From Candidatus Omnitrophota bacterium (lineage in GTDB: Bacteria; Omnitrophota; Gorgyraeia; Duberdicusellales; 4484-171): a DNA stretch of 64,000 bases. Each line of letters opens with the position of its first letter. Position 1 is the first letter of the stretch. Positions 19,274 to 29,144 of the stretch are shown piece by piece. The notes beneath the pieces were generated by a model, which worked only from the letters and a program-made list of their open reading frames with translations, was not told the DNA's origin and made no database searches. The stretch lies in contig JAIPGM010000008.1 of NCBI GenBank assembly GCA_021735655.1, positions 1-64,000 on the forward strand, in the 5' to 3' direction. The position numbers and the translations under genes are program-made.

Positions 19274-21169
19274 ATGTTATTATATTTAGGGAGACTCATG
19301 AAGAAGATATTTTTTTTAATATTAATTGTTTTTATTGCTTTAGCTACTTATAGTAATTTGGTTTTTGCCCAAGATAGCCAAACTGCTAAAGAACTTGCCA
19401 CTGAAGGACTGCTTAAAGAAAGAATCTCTGCCTTGTATGAAAAAGCAGTTTCTTTTTATAATCAAGATAAACTTAAAGAAGCTGACGAGTTATTGATTAA
19501 TATTCTTAAGGTTGATCCTTTGCATGAGGGGGCAAGCCTGTATTTATATGAAAAGATTCCTGACCGTATAGCTAGCCGAAAAGCCCAAGAAAAAGATTTA
19601 AAAATACAAGAAGAACTTGCCCGTAAGAGACCGACAAAGGAAAACATTGATGCGTTATATAAAAAGACAGTTACCTTATATAAGAAGAATGATTTAAATA
19701 GAGCTAAGGAGTTTTTTGGTAAGGTTCTTGAGCTTGATCCAAATCATAAGGGGGCGAAACTTTATCTAGATAAAAAGATTCCCGATAGAATCGAAGCCGA
19801 AAAACAACAAGAAAAAGATCGTCTAAAGAATGCGAATAAAGAAAAAGTAGATTCTTTATATAAAAAAGCTAAAGTTTTTTATGATAATGGTCAACTAGAT
19901 AGGGCTAGCGATATGTGCTATCAAATATTTGAGCTTGATCCTGACCATAAAGGGGCAAAGGTTTATTTGCGCGAGAAGATCCCTAATAAAATTGAGCTGG
20001 CTAAGCAGATTGAGGAGCGCAAAGCCACAGAGTCAGAGCAAGAAGCTGAGACAGAAAGAGAAAAGGCTTTAAAGGAAAAGATTAAGTCCCTTTATAAGCA
20101 GGGAGTTTCCTCATACAATAAAGATGAGCTAGGTTCGGCCAAGTATTTTTTTGGCCAGGTCCTTGAGCTTGATCCTGATAATTCAAATGCCAAGAAGTAT
20201 CTCCAAGAGAAGATTCCAGATAAGATTGAATTATCGGCTCTTGAAGCAAAATATCGTTTAGAACTCCAAAAAGAGGAGGAAATTTCAGAAAGAGCTCGCC
20301 AAGAACAATTTGTTAAGGAAGAAGCTAGGATTGAGGAAACGACTAGAATTTATAAAGAGCAAATTGCTGAAGGTAAAGTCCAGACCATTAATGTCCAAGA
20401 GAGCGTAGAGGATATCCCAATAGACATTCCAATTGGCGATGAAAAAGATTTAACTGAGATTGAAAATGAGGCTAGTCAGGAGCAGTTTATTAAACAGGAA
20501 GCGATTGTTGAGGAGAAAACTAAGATTTATCAAGAGCAAATTGCTAATAGCGAGGTTTCAGTTCAAGAGGTTCAAGAAGAAGAAAAAAAGCCTATTGAAA
20601 ATAAACCAGTTGCAGTTAATAGTGCGATCGAAGAAGAAATACCTATTGATAAATATGCATCGGTTGACAGTAGCCAATATGAGTATCTTGTAAGCACCGG
20701 CGATAGCTTAGAGATATCTTTATATGGTGAACCGGACATGAAACAGGTAACTAAAGTATCTGAGGAAGGGTTGATAACCTACCCTTTTTTGGGCTCAATT
20801 AAGGTGAAGGATCTTAACGCCAGAGAGATTGAGGAAAAGATTGCTGGTTTATTAGGCGAAGAATATTTTGTAGATCCACAGGTAACGGTTGTAATTAAGG
20901 TGCATGCTAAGTTTAATATTTTAGGAGAAGTGAGGCGACCGGGAAGTTATGAAATTAGCGGCCCAACGACCGTAATCGATGCTATCTCTGTAGCTGGAGG
21001 ATTTACTGACATAGCCAATAAGAATGGTGTGAAAGTTGTTAGGAAGGATGGAGATCGAAACAAGGTTATTAAGGTTCCGGTACACCGTATTTTAAAAACC
21101 GGCGACAGCTCAAAGAATATCTACTTAAAGAAAGGGGATACGATCGTAGTCCCTGAATCTTTCTTCTAG
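19274..21169 (+). CDS. Polysaccharide export protein (Wza-like Poly_export + SLBB domains) with long N-terminal TPR-like/coiled repeat region
   Basis: Signal peptide; four ~55-aa repeats each ending LELDPxHKGAKxYLxxKIPDxIE; two QEQFxKEEAxIEExTxIYxEQIA repeats; C-terminal ~190 aa matches Wza/KpsD periplasmic export domain (SLEISLYGEPD..., ILGEVRRPGSY, PTTVIDAISVAGG). Confidence 0.65.
   Translation: MLLYLGRLMKKIFFLILIVFIALATYSNLVFAQDSQTAKELATEGLLKERISALYEKAVSFYNQDKLKEADELLINILKVDPLHEGASLYLYEKIPDRIASRKAQEKDLKIQEELARKRPTKENIDALYKKTVTLYKKNDLNRAKEFFGKVLELDPNHKGAKLYLDKKIPDRIEAEKQQEKDRLKNANKEKVDSLYKKAKVFYDNGQLDRASDMCYQIFELDPDHKGAKVYLREKIPNKIELAKQIEERKATESEQEAETEREKALKEKIKSLYKQGVSSYNKDELGSAKYFFGQVLELDPDNSNAKKYLQEKIPDKIELSALEAKYRLELQKEEEISERARQEQFVKEEARIEETTRIYKEQIAEGKVQTINVQESVEDIPIDIPIGDEKDLTEIENEASQEQFIKQEAIVEEKTKIYQEQIANSEVSVQEVQEEEKKPIENKPVAVNSAIEEEIPIDKYASVDSSQYEYLVSTGDSLEISLYGEPDMKQVTKVSEEGLITYPFLGSIKVKDLNAREIEEKIAGLLGEEYFVDPQVTVVIKVHAKFNILGEVRRPGSYEISGPTTVIDAISVAGGFTDIANKNGVKVVRKDGDRNKVIKVPVHRILKTGDSSKNIYLKKGDTIVVPESFF
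19430..20240 (+). repeat. In-frame tandem DNA repeats (4 units, ~165 bp) encoding the TPR-like modules
   Basis: Recurring cttgagcttgatcc(t/a)ga(c/t)cataa(g/a)gggc(g/a)aa...aagat(t/c)cc blocks at about 19730, 19930 and 20160. Confidence 0.7.
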
Positions 21170-21197
21170 CCTTCCGATTTTTAAAATACCTTATCAA

Positions 21198-21920
21198 ATG
21201 AAAGAAGAAATTAATATTCCTTCGAAATTCACTACAAGAGTATTCTTTATGCAGCATATTGCTCCTTATAGCTATGTGAGAAAGTTTTCGGTGGATAAGT
21301 TAGTTCTAGACGCAGGCACGTCAACCGGTTATGGAGCCTTTTATTTATCACAAGTAGCTAAGTTATCTGTAGGTATGGATATTAATCCTGAAGCAATTTG
21401 CGAAGCACAGAAAAATTATTTTAGAGATAATTTGAAATATTTAACCGGTAATGTATTAGAGATGCAGTTTCCAAATGAGCATTTTGATATTATTATTTCA
21501 TCACAGGTGGTTGAACATATCGAGCTGGACAAGTTAGATACTTATCTTTCGGAAATTTACCGAGTGCTAAAGAAGGATGGGATATTTTTTGTGAACACCT
21601 TAAATTTATTGCGAAATCTTAAAGGTCGGAGCATCGAAGATTATGATAAAAACCCTCATCACGTAAAAGAATTTAGGTCCGAAGAGCTCAGAGAGTTTCT
21701 TTTGAGACGCTTTCCTAGGGTTGAAATTTTAGGCTCCCGTAGAGGCTTACGTCACAATGTTTATCATCTTTTTAAGAAAAGCGGCATATTTAAAAATGCG
21801 CCGGACAGTCTTAATCCTCTTAAAAGATTTTATGAAAACAAAATCAGCGTAGATGATTTTAGGTATTCATCTTCCAATCTAGATAAGTCTATAGATTTAC
21901 TGGGTGTGTGCAGAAAGTAG
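21198..21920 (+). CDS. Class I SAM-dependent methyltransferase
   Basis: Motif I VLDAGTSTGYG, acidic motif II, Methyltransf_11-like spacing. Confidence 0.65.
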   Translation: MKEEINIPSKFTTRVFFMQHIAPYSYVRKFSVDKLVLDAGTSTGYGAFYLSQVAKLSVGMDINPEAICEAQKNYFRDNLKYLTGNVLEMQFPNEHFDIIISSQVVEHIELDKLDTYLSEIYRVLKKDGIFFVNTLNLLRNLKGRSIEDYDKNPHHVKEFRSEELREFLLRRFPRVEILGSRRGLRHNVYHLFKKSGIFKNAPDSLNPLKRFYENKISVDDFRYSSSNLDKSIDLLGVCRK

Positions 21921-21943
21921 AATTTATAGCGTTATTTGTCTAT

Positions 21944-21980
21944 CAGCCCCGTATCTTTAGAGTGCGGGGTTTTTATTTAC
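21944..21980 (+). terminator. Rho-independent terminator
   Basis: CAGCCCCG...CGGGG hairpin followed by TTTTTATTT. Confidence 0.5.
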
Positions 21981-22045
21981 AAATTAGAGGAATTACCTTA
22001 TAATTAACTTTTAATATTAAGTCATTAAATAATCAAGGGGGCTAG

Positions 22046-22372
22046 ATGAAAGATCAAAAATTTTCTCAAGAAGAAATTAAAGATGGTGCGCCGTTTGCAG
22101 CGCTTTCCTATGTGGGGATTCTTTGGATTTTAACTTTTATCCTAAAAAAAGATAATGCTTTTGCCAGATTTCATGCCCGTCAGGGAATAGTTATCTCAGT
22201 AGGACTTTTAGGCTCGTTGCCATTTTTGACAGTTCCGATTCTTGGTCGGATATTTGGGCTGTTATCGTTAATTTTAGTTGTCGCTTCTATCTATGGAGCA
22301 GTACTTTCACTTACTGGAAAGACCGATAAAATCTACCTGATAAGCGACATAGCCAAAAGGTTGGTGGTTTAA
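22046..22372 (+). CDS. Small membrane protein (DUF4870-like)
   Basis: Two to three TM helices, AALSYVGILW pattern. Confidence 0.4.
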   Translation: MKDQKFSQEEIKDGAPFAALSYVGILWILTFILKKDNAFARFHARQGIVISVGLLGSLPFLTVPILGRIFGLLSLILVVASIYGAVLSLTGKTDKIYLISDIAKRLVV

Positions 22373-23083
22373 ATGAAAAAGAAAGCTGTCTCTGAAAAAA
22401 CAGCCCATTTGAATAAAGGAGCTAAGACAACCTTTGAAGATAATTTTATCAGTTCAGATACTTGGCGTATTTTTAGGATTATGAGTGAGTTTGTTGATGG
22501 CTTTGAAGGTCTGTCTCGAATTAAACGTGGGGTAACTCTATTTGGTTCCAAGTGTACTCCTAAAAAACATCCTTATTATAAATGCGCAGTTGATACGGCT
22601 TATCTTTTAGCAAAAAATAACTATAGCATCATTACTGGTGCTGGAGCCGGAATAATGGAGGCAGCTAATAAAGGTGCAGCTAAGGCCGGAGGAGTTTCAG
22701 TTGGTCTTAATATTCTTATTCCTCAGGAGCAGATGCCAAACCCTTACATAAACTATCTGATGGAGTTTAAGTATTTCTTTGTCCGTAAAGTTATGTTCAC
22801 TAAATATTCTTATGCCTCAGTAGTTTTTCCCGGAGGTTTCGGAACTTTAGATGAACTTTTTGAAACCTTAAGCTTAATCCAAGCTCGAAGAATTGAGCCC
22901 ATACCGCTTATTTTAGTTGATGAAGATTATTGGGGTGGTATGCTTAGCTGGATAAAAGAGCGTTTGTTAAAAGGCGGCGCAATCGACCGAAGAGATACTA
23001 AGTTATTTAAGGTAGTGAATACTCCTAAAGAGGTGCTTTCGTCGATAAAAGAGTTTTACCAAGGTAAAAGAGGCTGGAAATAA
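22373..23083 (+). CDS. LOG-family protein (cytokinin riboside 5'-monophosphate phosphoribohydrolase-like, TIGR00730)
   Basis: VTLFGS..., ITGAGAGIMEAANKGA, PGGFGTLDELFE motifs. Confidence 0.8.
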   Translation: MKKKAVSEKTAHLNKGAKTTFEDNFISSDTWRIFRIMSEFVDGFEGLSRIKRGVTLFGSKCTPKKHPYYKCAVDTAYLLAKNNYSIITGAGAGIMEAANKGAAKAGGVSVGLNILIPQEQMPNPYINYLMEFKYFFVRKVMFTKYSYASVVFPGGFGTLDELFETLSLIQARRIEPIPLILVDEDYWGGMLSWIKERLLKGGAIDRRDTKLFKVVNTPKEVLSSIKEFYQGKRGWK

Positions 23084-23087
23084 AAAA

Positions 23088-23387
23088 ATGAAGGGATTTG
23101 TTCGTATTTGGAACGAAGTTGACCTTCAAGACATTGAAAAGAGCCTTATTGTGGTCGGTGATCTTAGTAGCGAGTGTTTTTGTTGCCACAAATTAGGAAT
23201 TGAGTTAAAGAGCCGCAACTGTCCCGATTGTGGGGCATTTTTTAAGTATATGGGCTTTCGTCGGAAGGTCCAACCTAACTTCCTCAAACGGATCAAAGAA
23301 GAGCAACCAAGGCTAATTCTGATTGATTTTGACGACCTTAAGCGGGCTATCGGCAATCGTGATGCTCGCAAACTTCTTGATATCTGA
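23088..23387 (+). CDS. Hypothetical protein with CxxC...CPDC zinc-ribbon-like motif
   Basis: CFCCHK ... CPDCG cysteine pairs. Confidence 0.35.
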   Translation: MKGFVRIWNEVDLQDIEKSLIVVGDLSSECFCCHKLGIELKSRNCPDCGAFFKYMGFRRKVQPNFLKRIKEEQPRLILIDFDDLKRAIGNRDARKLLDI

Positions 23388-23525
23388 AAAAATTTACAGT
23401 CACTCCTTAATCTGCTAATTTTTTAATATTTTTCATTCACAAACCCTAATTTTTGCGCTAAAATACTGTATAGCATAAGTTTAGTATAACTGCGATAACT
23501 GCGATAACTGTTAACAGGAGGAAAA

Positions 23526-23714
23526 ATGAGTGGTGAAATTTTAACTGTTGGCGATGTCTGTGAATATTTGAAGATACCACGTTCAACCCTTTATAAGCTT
23601 TCTAAAGATAAGATTATCCCGGCTTTTAGGGTTGGTCGGCACTGGCGTTTTCAAAAGGAAAAGATTGAAGCCTGGTTGGAGGGGCAAACTAGCGAAAAGG
23701 TTAGTCGGCAATAA
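23526..23714 (+). CDS. Excisionase/MerR-superfamily helix-turn-helix DNA-binding protein
   Basis: LTVGDVCEYLKIPRSTLYKL..IPAFRVGRHWRFQKEKIEAWL matches excisionase-family HTH (TIGR01764-like); first gene of the lipid operon. Confidence 0.65.
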   Translation: MSGEILTVGDVCEYLKIPRSTLYKLSKDKIIPAFRVGRHWRFQKEKIEAWLEGQTSEKVSRQ

Positions 23715-23715
23715 T

Positions 23716-24312
23716 ATGTGGTATTGGGTTTTTAAGCATATATTTTGGATTTTATTCACTGTCCTTTTTAGGCTTAAGGTAGAGGGTTTAGATAATTTAC
23801 CGCAAAAGACAAATTTTATCTTAGCGGCTAATCATGCTAGTTTTTTAGACCCGCCTTGTATTATGGCTGGTATCCCAATGAGGGTTTATCCGATTGCCGC
23901 AAGACATCTTTATAAGGTAGGATTAGTTGGCTGGTTTTTAAGAAAAATAAATGCTTTTTCAGCCGGAGGATCATCAAGCCTGGCAGTTAAACTGTTAATG
24001 GAAGGCAAGAATGTTGGTTTATCTCCAGAAGGAAAAATCAGTCTTAATGGTCAACTTAATGAATTTAGAAGAGGGGTAGCTTTGTTAGCGGCAAAAACCG
24101 GTCGGCCGGTTGTTCCTTGCGCTATTTTTGGTGCTTACGAGGCTCTTCCTTATGAAGCTAAATTTCCTAAATTATTTTCACCAATTAAACTAAAGATAGG
24201 CAAACCAGTGTATCTTTTAAAGGAGTTTGATGATGAGATTGACCCTATCTATCTGCGCGAAGGTACTTTTAAGATTCAAAATACAATAAAGGAGTTACTT
24301 AATGAAGAATAA
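23716..24312 (+). CDS. 1-acyl-sn-glycerol-3-phosphate acyltransferase-family (PlsC-like) acyltransferase
   Basis: NHASFLDP (HxxxxD) and SPEGKIS motifs; start taken at the internal Met right after the upstream stop (track ORF 23632 overlaps the HTH gene). Confidence 0.7.
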   Translation: MWYWVFKHIFWILFTVLFRLKVEGLDNLPQKTNFILAANHASFLDPPCIMAGIPMRVYPIAARHLYKVGLVGWFLRKINAFSAGGSSSLAVKLLMEGKNVGLSPEGKISLNGQLNEFRRGVALLAAKTGRPVVPCAIFGAYEALPYEAKFPKLFSPIKLKIGKPVYLLKEFDDEIDPIYLREGTFKIQNTIKELLNEE

Positions 24313-25888
24313 GGGTTTAGTAAAAATAATTGTTTCTCGGACCATACCAGCCGATATTCCTAGTATAGTTCGGGCCCTAAGCAAAGTTGAAGAATTCCCT
24401 GAATATATAGCGACAATTAAACAGGCCTCAATAATAGAAAAATCCCGTAACAAGATGAAAACGAAATGGCTTGTTCAGGTTGACCATGTCCCAATAAGTT
24501 GGATAGAGGAAGACACTTTAAATCTTATAAAAAATACGATTACTTTTAAAGCCGTCGAAGGGGATTTGCAAGAATTTAAGGGGGAGTGGAAGTTTCAGGC
24601 TAAGCCTGAAGGAACCTTGGTTACTGTGACTGCTTATTTAAGAATCGACATACCAGCGATAAAAGATTTCGTTAATACTTATGTAGAAAAGATGCTAGTT
24701 AAGAATTTTACGGCGATATTAAAAGGTATCGAGAAGCGTTTAATTTCAATAAGATATAAAGGCCAGGGAAAAGATGAGATTAAAAAGATAGCCGGATTTG
24801 GAATCATTGGCCATTTGTATAATTTTTATCATTTGGAAAAGTGCCTTAAGATGCTCAACCCTGACTTTAAGATGCCTTCACGAGAATTTTTGGGAAATCT
24901 GTTTAACGTTACTCCTTCGTTCAAGCTTTACGATATAGTAGACTTTAAGTCTAAATCCGGAGGTAGCGTTGATGGATGTTTCATTGTTGCCACTTTTATT
25001 CCTGATTTAATTGAAAAAGATATCTGGTCGATATTTTCGAAGGTGGTCCGGGCCTGTAAGATTGCTGAGAAACACGGGGTTGGTATAGTTACCTTAGGTG
25101 GCTTTACTTCGATTGTTGCCGAGCGGATTGGTCAGGCAATTAGTGAACAGGTTAACGTTCCGATTACCACTGGAAATACCTTTACTGCCGCAATGACCTT
25201 AGAAGGAGTTTATCGGGCGGTTAGAGCTTTAAATTTAGATATTGGTTCGTTAAAGGTAGCTATCGTTGGCGGGACCGGAGACATTGGAAGTGCTTGTGCT
25301 CGAGTTTTAGCTGATCAGGTCAAACAATTGTCTATAACTGGTAGGACCAAAGCTAATTTAAAACAGCTTAAACAAGAACTTAGCAAAAAGCATAAAGCCA
25401 GGATAGTTGCAACTACTAATAATAAAAAGGCAGTAAGTGATGCTGATGTAATTATTGCTGCAGCTAGTGCTACCGAGTCAATACTTTCGATAGATTGGTT
25501 TAAGCCAGGGGCGATAATTTGCGATGTCGGCTACCCAAAGAATATTTCTTATGCCCAGACCGAAAGAGATGATATTCTTATTTTTTCTGGAGGTCTAGCT
25601 CGGAGCCCTAGTTCAATTAAGCTTCCGATTGATTTAGGCTTACCGAACTCGGAAGTTATCTATGGTTGTTTTGCTGAGGCGATTATTTTGTCTTTAGAAA
25701 AGCGTTATGAAAACTACAGTTTTGGTCGGGGAAATATTACTCCTGAGAAAATTAAAGAAATAAAAGAGCTAGGAGAAAAACACGGCTTTGAAGTTTCCCG
25801 ATTCTGGTGGGGTGACAGGCTGCTCGATCAAGCGGCTATCGACAGAATAAAAGAAAGAGTTAATCTTGGAAAAGAACAACTAATATAA
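24302..25888 (+). CDS. Fusion: N-terminal SRPBCC (START/polyketide-cyclase-like) domain + C-terminal acyl-ACP reductase (cyanobacterial AAR family, aldehyde-forming)
   Basis: C-terminal 340 aa align block-by-block with the Synechococcus AAR sequence as recalled (GIIGHL, GIVTLGGFTSI, TTGNTFTA, VAIVGGTGDIGSA, GYPKN, GCFAEAIILSLE, NYSFGRGNIT..I..LGEKHGF); N-terminal 150 aa has SRPBCC-like pattern. Confidence 0.65.
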   Translation: MKNKGLVKIIVSRTIPADIPSIVRALSKVEEFPEYIATIKQASIIEKSRNKMKTKWLVQVDHVPISWIEEDTLNLIKNTITFKAVEGDLQEFKGEWKFQAKPEGTLVTVTAYLRIDIPAIKDFVNTYVEKMLVKNFTAILKGIEKRLISIRYKGQGKDEIKKIAGFGIIGHLYNFYHLEKCLKMLNPDFKMPSREFLGNLFNVTPSFKLYDIVDFKSKSGGSVDGCFIVATFIPDLIEKDIWSIFSKVVRACKIAEKHGVGIVTLGGFTSIVAERIGQAISEQVNVPITTGNTFTAAMTLEGVYRAVRALNLDIGSLKVAIVGGTGDIGSACARVLADQVKQLSITGRTKANLKQLKQELSKKHKARIVATTNNKKAVSDADVIIAAASATESILSIDWFKPGAIICDVGYPKNISYAQTERDDILIFSGGLARSPSSIKLPIDLGLPNSEVIYGCFAEAIILSLEKRYENYSFGRGNITPEKIKEIKELGEKHGFEVSRFWWGDRLLDQAAIDRIKERVNLGKEQLI

Positions 25889-25898
25889 GCTAAAGTTT

Positions 25899-26897
25899 AT
25901 GAAAGTGCTAGTTACCGGAGCTGACGGGTTTTTAGGTTCAAATCTGATTAGGCATTTGCTTGTTGCCGGGCATAAGGTTAAGGCCTTGATCCACAGTGAT
26001 AAGGATTACGATGCTTTAAGCGGGCTTAAGGTTGATAAGTTAAAAGGCGACGTCCTTAGTCCAAAGTCGATTGATAAGGCAATGGCTGGGATTGATGCTG
26101 TATTCCATCTAGCCTCTTTATATAAGTTTTATCCTTGGTGGCAGAAAAAGGCTGGTCAGATCTATAAAGTAAATGTTCAAGGCACAAGAAATGTTTTAAA
26201 AGCCGCCAAAAAAAACAATATCAAACGTTTTATTTTTACCAGCAGTATTGCTTCTTTAGGTAAACAGCTTGGTAAAAAACCGAGCGACGAAACAACCGTG
26301 CTTAATCTAAAAAGTAGAATTAGTCACTATGCCCGTTCAAAAGTATTAGCTGAAAATGAAGTTTTGAGTTTTGTCAGACAAGGCTTACCGGCAATAATTT
26401 TAAATCCAGCAGCTTTAATCGGTGAACGTGATTTTAAGCCAACCCCAACCGGTCAGATGATTATAGATTTTTTAAATCATAAGCTTCCGGTGACTTTTAA
26501 TGGGATGATACCGTTGGCTGATGTTGATGATGTAGCTAGGGCTCACCTGGTAGCTCTTGATAGGGGTAGAGTCGGTGAGCGTTATATTCTTTGTAATAAT
26601 CGGGCCTATCCTTTGAAGGAGTTATTTTATTTAGTTGAGCAAATATCCGGAGTTTCTGCTCCGCGGTTAAAGATACCTTATCCTTTGTTAATGAGTTTTC
26701 TTTATTTTGATGAGGTTTTTTCTTATTTTTTAAAGAAAAGACCGCTTTTATCGAGCTCGGCGGCAAGATTTTTCCGCCGGGCAACGGTATTTGATAATAG
26801 TAAGGCAGCCAGGGAGTTGAGTTATGCGACCACTCCGATTACTACTAGTTTAGAAAAGGCCGTTAACTGGTATAAGGAAAATAGCTATGTCCAATAA
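25899..26897 (+). CDS. NAD(P)-dependent epimerase/dehydratase-family (extended SDR, 3beta-HSD-like) reductase
   Basis: VLVTGADGFLGSNL Rossmann motif, YxxSK (YARSK) active site. Confidence 0.7.
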   Translation: MKVLVTGADGFLGSNLIRHLLVAGHKVKALIHSDKDYDALSGLKVDKLKGDVLSPKSIDKAMAGIDAVFHLASLYKFYPWWQKKAGQIYKVNVQGTRNVLKAAKKNNIKRFIFTSSIASLGKQLGKKPSDETTVLNLKSRISHYARSKVLAENEVLSFVRQGLPAIILNPAALIGERDFKPTPTGQMIIDFLNHKLPVTFNGMIPLADVDDVARAHLVALDRGRVGERYILCNNRAYPLKELFYLVEQISGVSAPRLKIPYPLLMSFLYFDEVFSYFLKKRPLLSSSAARFFRRATVFDNSKAARELSYATTPITTSLEKAVNWYKENSYVQ

Positions 26898-26959
26898 TAA
26901 CAATTATAAGCTATCAAATATTTATTGGCTTAGCTTGATCAAGTAGTTAAATAAGCAAT

Positions 26960-29083
26960 ATGTTAGATCTGATTTTTAATCCAGCTAATTATTATTGGAA
27001 TCCTCATGCGGTTCTCTATCATTTAGTAGGAATTCTTACTTTGCTTGAGGGCATTTTTATTTTTAGTCAGAATCGTAAATCCTTAGTAAATTTAGCCTAT
27101 GGCCTTAGTTGTTTATCAGTTGCTCTTTGGCTTACCGGAACCGGCATGGCTTTAAACAGTAAACTTGAACTAACTGCTTTAATTTGGACCAGGACTTATT
27201 TCTTTTTAGGAGTAATATTTAATACTCCTTCGATATACTTTTTTTCAGTTGCTTGGCAGAAATCGCTTTTTCCTCAAGAGGAAAACAAAAAAATAAAAAT
27301 AGTAATTTTTAACTTTCTTTGCGGTTTGGGGTTCTATATTTTTTGTCTTAACTCTAATCTTTTTATCCAGGGTTTCTGGAATCATTCCTGGGGGTTTTAC
27401 CCTAAGGCCGGCAGTCTTTATTTTATTTTTGTCGGTTGGGTTTATGCTTTGATGATGCTTATGTTGTTTAATTTCATCCAGGTTTACCGCAAGGGGGGTG
27501 ATCCGGTTATAAAAAAACAAGCTAAATTAATGATTATTGCTTTTTCGATTGGCTACCTGGGCACAGCCGAGTTTTTGATGGACTATGGATTTACTCTTTA
27601 TTTTTTAGCCTTTATTCCGGTGTTTATCTGTATTACTATTGTCGGTTACAGCGTTATTCGCTATCGGACTATGGATATTGAAACGGTAATCCATAAGACC
27701 GCTTTATGGATTTTTTCTTATTCGCTTATTGCGGCTCCGATATTTTTTCTCTATAACGGGCTGTCTGAGAAGATTGAGAGTTCTAACTTATTGTTGTTTA
27801 TTTTTTGGACAGCTAGTTTTTTGGCGGTTACCGTTTATTTACGGTTAATTCAACCAAAAATTGATCATTTTTTCCAAAGACGTAAAGCTAATTTGGAAGA
27901 CATTTCTAGTGAATTTACCAAAAATCTTGTCCATTTAAAGGGTCTTAATCAGCTAATCGAACGCATCAAAGAAACAATCACTAATGCTTTTTATCCGCAG
28001 AATATCGATATTTTAATCTATGGCCAGGATGATGAAAGATATCAAGATGAGCCATTTTTGCTTTGGTTGGTTAAGAATGACAAAATTGCCTATCGTGATT
28101 TTATTGAAATCGATCCGGCTTATTCAGCAATTCGTAGCGATGCCAGAAAATATTTCGACTCAGTAGCCGCAGCGGTAGTTGTTCCTTTAGTTTTAAATGA
28201 ACGTCTTTTGGGGGTAATTAATTTAACCAGAAAATCAAACCTAAAACGCTACGCTGCCGTAGATTTTAATTTTTTACGTCTGCTGAAAAACCAGTCGGCA
28301 ATTGCTATATCTAACTCTTTAGTTTATGAGAACATTGAAGAGCAGGTTAAAAGGCGGACTGAGGAGTTAGTTGAGGTGCAGAAGCAATTGATTCAGGCTG
28401 GAAAATTAGCTACTGTTGGTACTTTGGCTGGAGGAGTAGCTCATGAGATAAATAATCCTTTGGCGGCAATTTTAACTAATGCTCAGATGTTGCTTATGTC
28501 ACCGGATGAGCTCAATGTTGAGGAGGCCCGTGAATCATTAGAGTTAATCGAAGAGGCGACCAAGCGTTGTCGAACCATCGTCAGAAAATTAATGACCTAT
28601 GCTCGAAAACCAGTAGAATCAACAACAATTTCTAAAATAAACCTTATTGATGTTGTCAATAAGGTGAAAGCCTTCCTTGATTATCAGTTTAAGCAGGAAA
28701 ATATTCAAATAGTTGTCGTTGCTGAAACTAGCAACTATCCGGTAGTCGGCAATCAGAATGAGTTAGAGCAGGTGGTAACCAATATAGTTTTAAATGCCAA
28801 GGATGCTACGAAGCGGGTTAAAAAAAGCGGCATTATAGATATATCGTTAATGAGCAATGATGGTTGGATAAGGCTGGATATCAAAGATCAAGGCTCTGGC
28901 ATTTCAAAAGACCATGCTTTAAAGATTTTTGACCCCTTTTTTACTACTAAAGACGTAGGAAAGGGGTTAGGTTTGGGTCTTTCAATATCACAGTCGATCA
29001 TTGAGAAGTATAAGGGTTCGATTTTTTTTCATTCTCAGGAAGGTGAGGGCACTATTTTTACCATAAATCTGCCTGAGGCCTGA
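26960..29083 (+). CDS. Multi-TM sensor histidine kinase (7-8 TM, GAF-like, HisKA, HATPase_c)
   Basis: N-terminal ~300 aa polytopic; H-box GGVAHEINNPL; N, G1, G2 boxes (NAKDAT, DQGSGI, GLGLGLSIS). Confidence 0.8.
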   Translation: MLDLIFNPANYYWNPHAVLYHLVGILTLLEGIFIFSQNRKSLVNLAYGLSCLSVALWLTGTGMALNSKLELTALIWTRTYFFLGVIFNTPSIYFFSVAWQKSLFPQEENKKIKIVIFNFLCGLGFYIFCLNSNLFIQGFWNHSWGFYPKAGSLYFIFVGWVYALMMLMLFNFIQVYRKGGDPVIKKQAKLMIIAFSIGYLGTAEFLMDYGFTLYFLAFIPVFICITIVGYSVIRYRTMDIETVIHKTALWIFSYSLIAAPIFFLYNGLSEKIESSNLLLFIFWTASFLAVTVYLRLIQPKIDHFFQRRKANLEDISSEFTKNLVHLKGLNQLIERIKETITNAFYPQNIDILIYGQDDERYQDEPFLLWLVKNDKIAYRDFIEIDPAYSAIRSDARKYFDSVAAAVVVPLVLNERLLGVINLTRKSNLKRYAAVDFNFLRLLKNQSAIAISNSLVYENIEEQVKRRTEELVEVQKQLIQAGKLATVGTLAGGVAHEINNPLAAILTNAQMLLMSPDELNVEEARESLELIEEATKRCRTIVRKLMTYARKPVESTTISKINLIDVVNKVKAFLDYQFKQENIQIVVVAETSNYPVVGNQNELEQVVTNIVLNAKDATKRVKKSGIIDISLMSNDGWIRLDIKDQGSGISKDHALKIFDPFFTTKDVGKGLGLGLSISQSIIEKYKGSIFFHSQEGEGTIFTINLPEA

Positions 29084-29144
29084 TAGGCTTGGTCTTTATG
29101 CGGTTTTAGTATATAATGTATAGATTATAGAAAAAGGTAATAAA

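Noticed and set aside
23481-23505. Short tandem repeat ctgcgataa x 2.5 upstream of the operon's first gene
   Set aside because: It is too short and lacks spacer structure to be a CRISPR array. It may be part of the promoter or operator for the HTH gene but I cannot support that.
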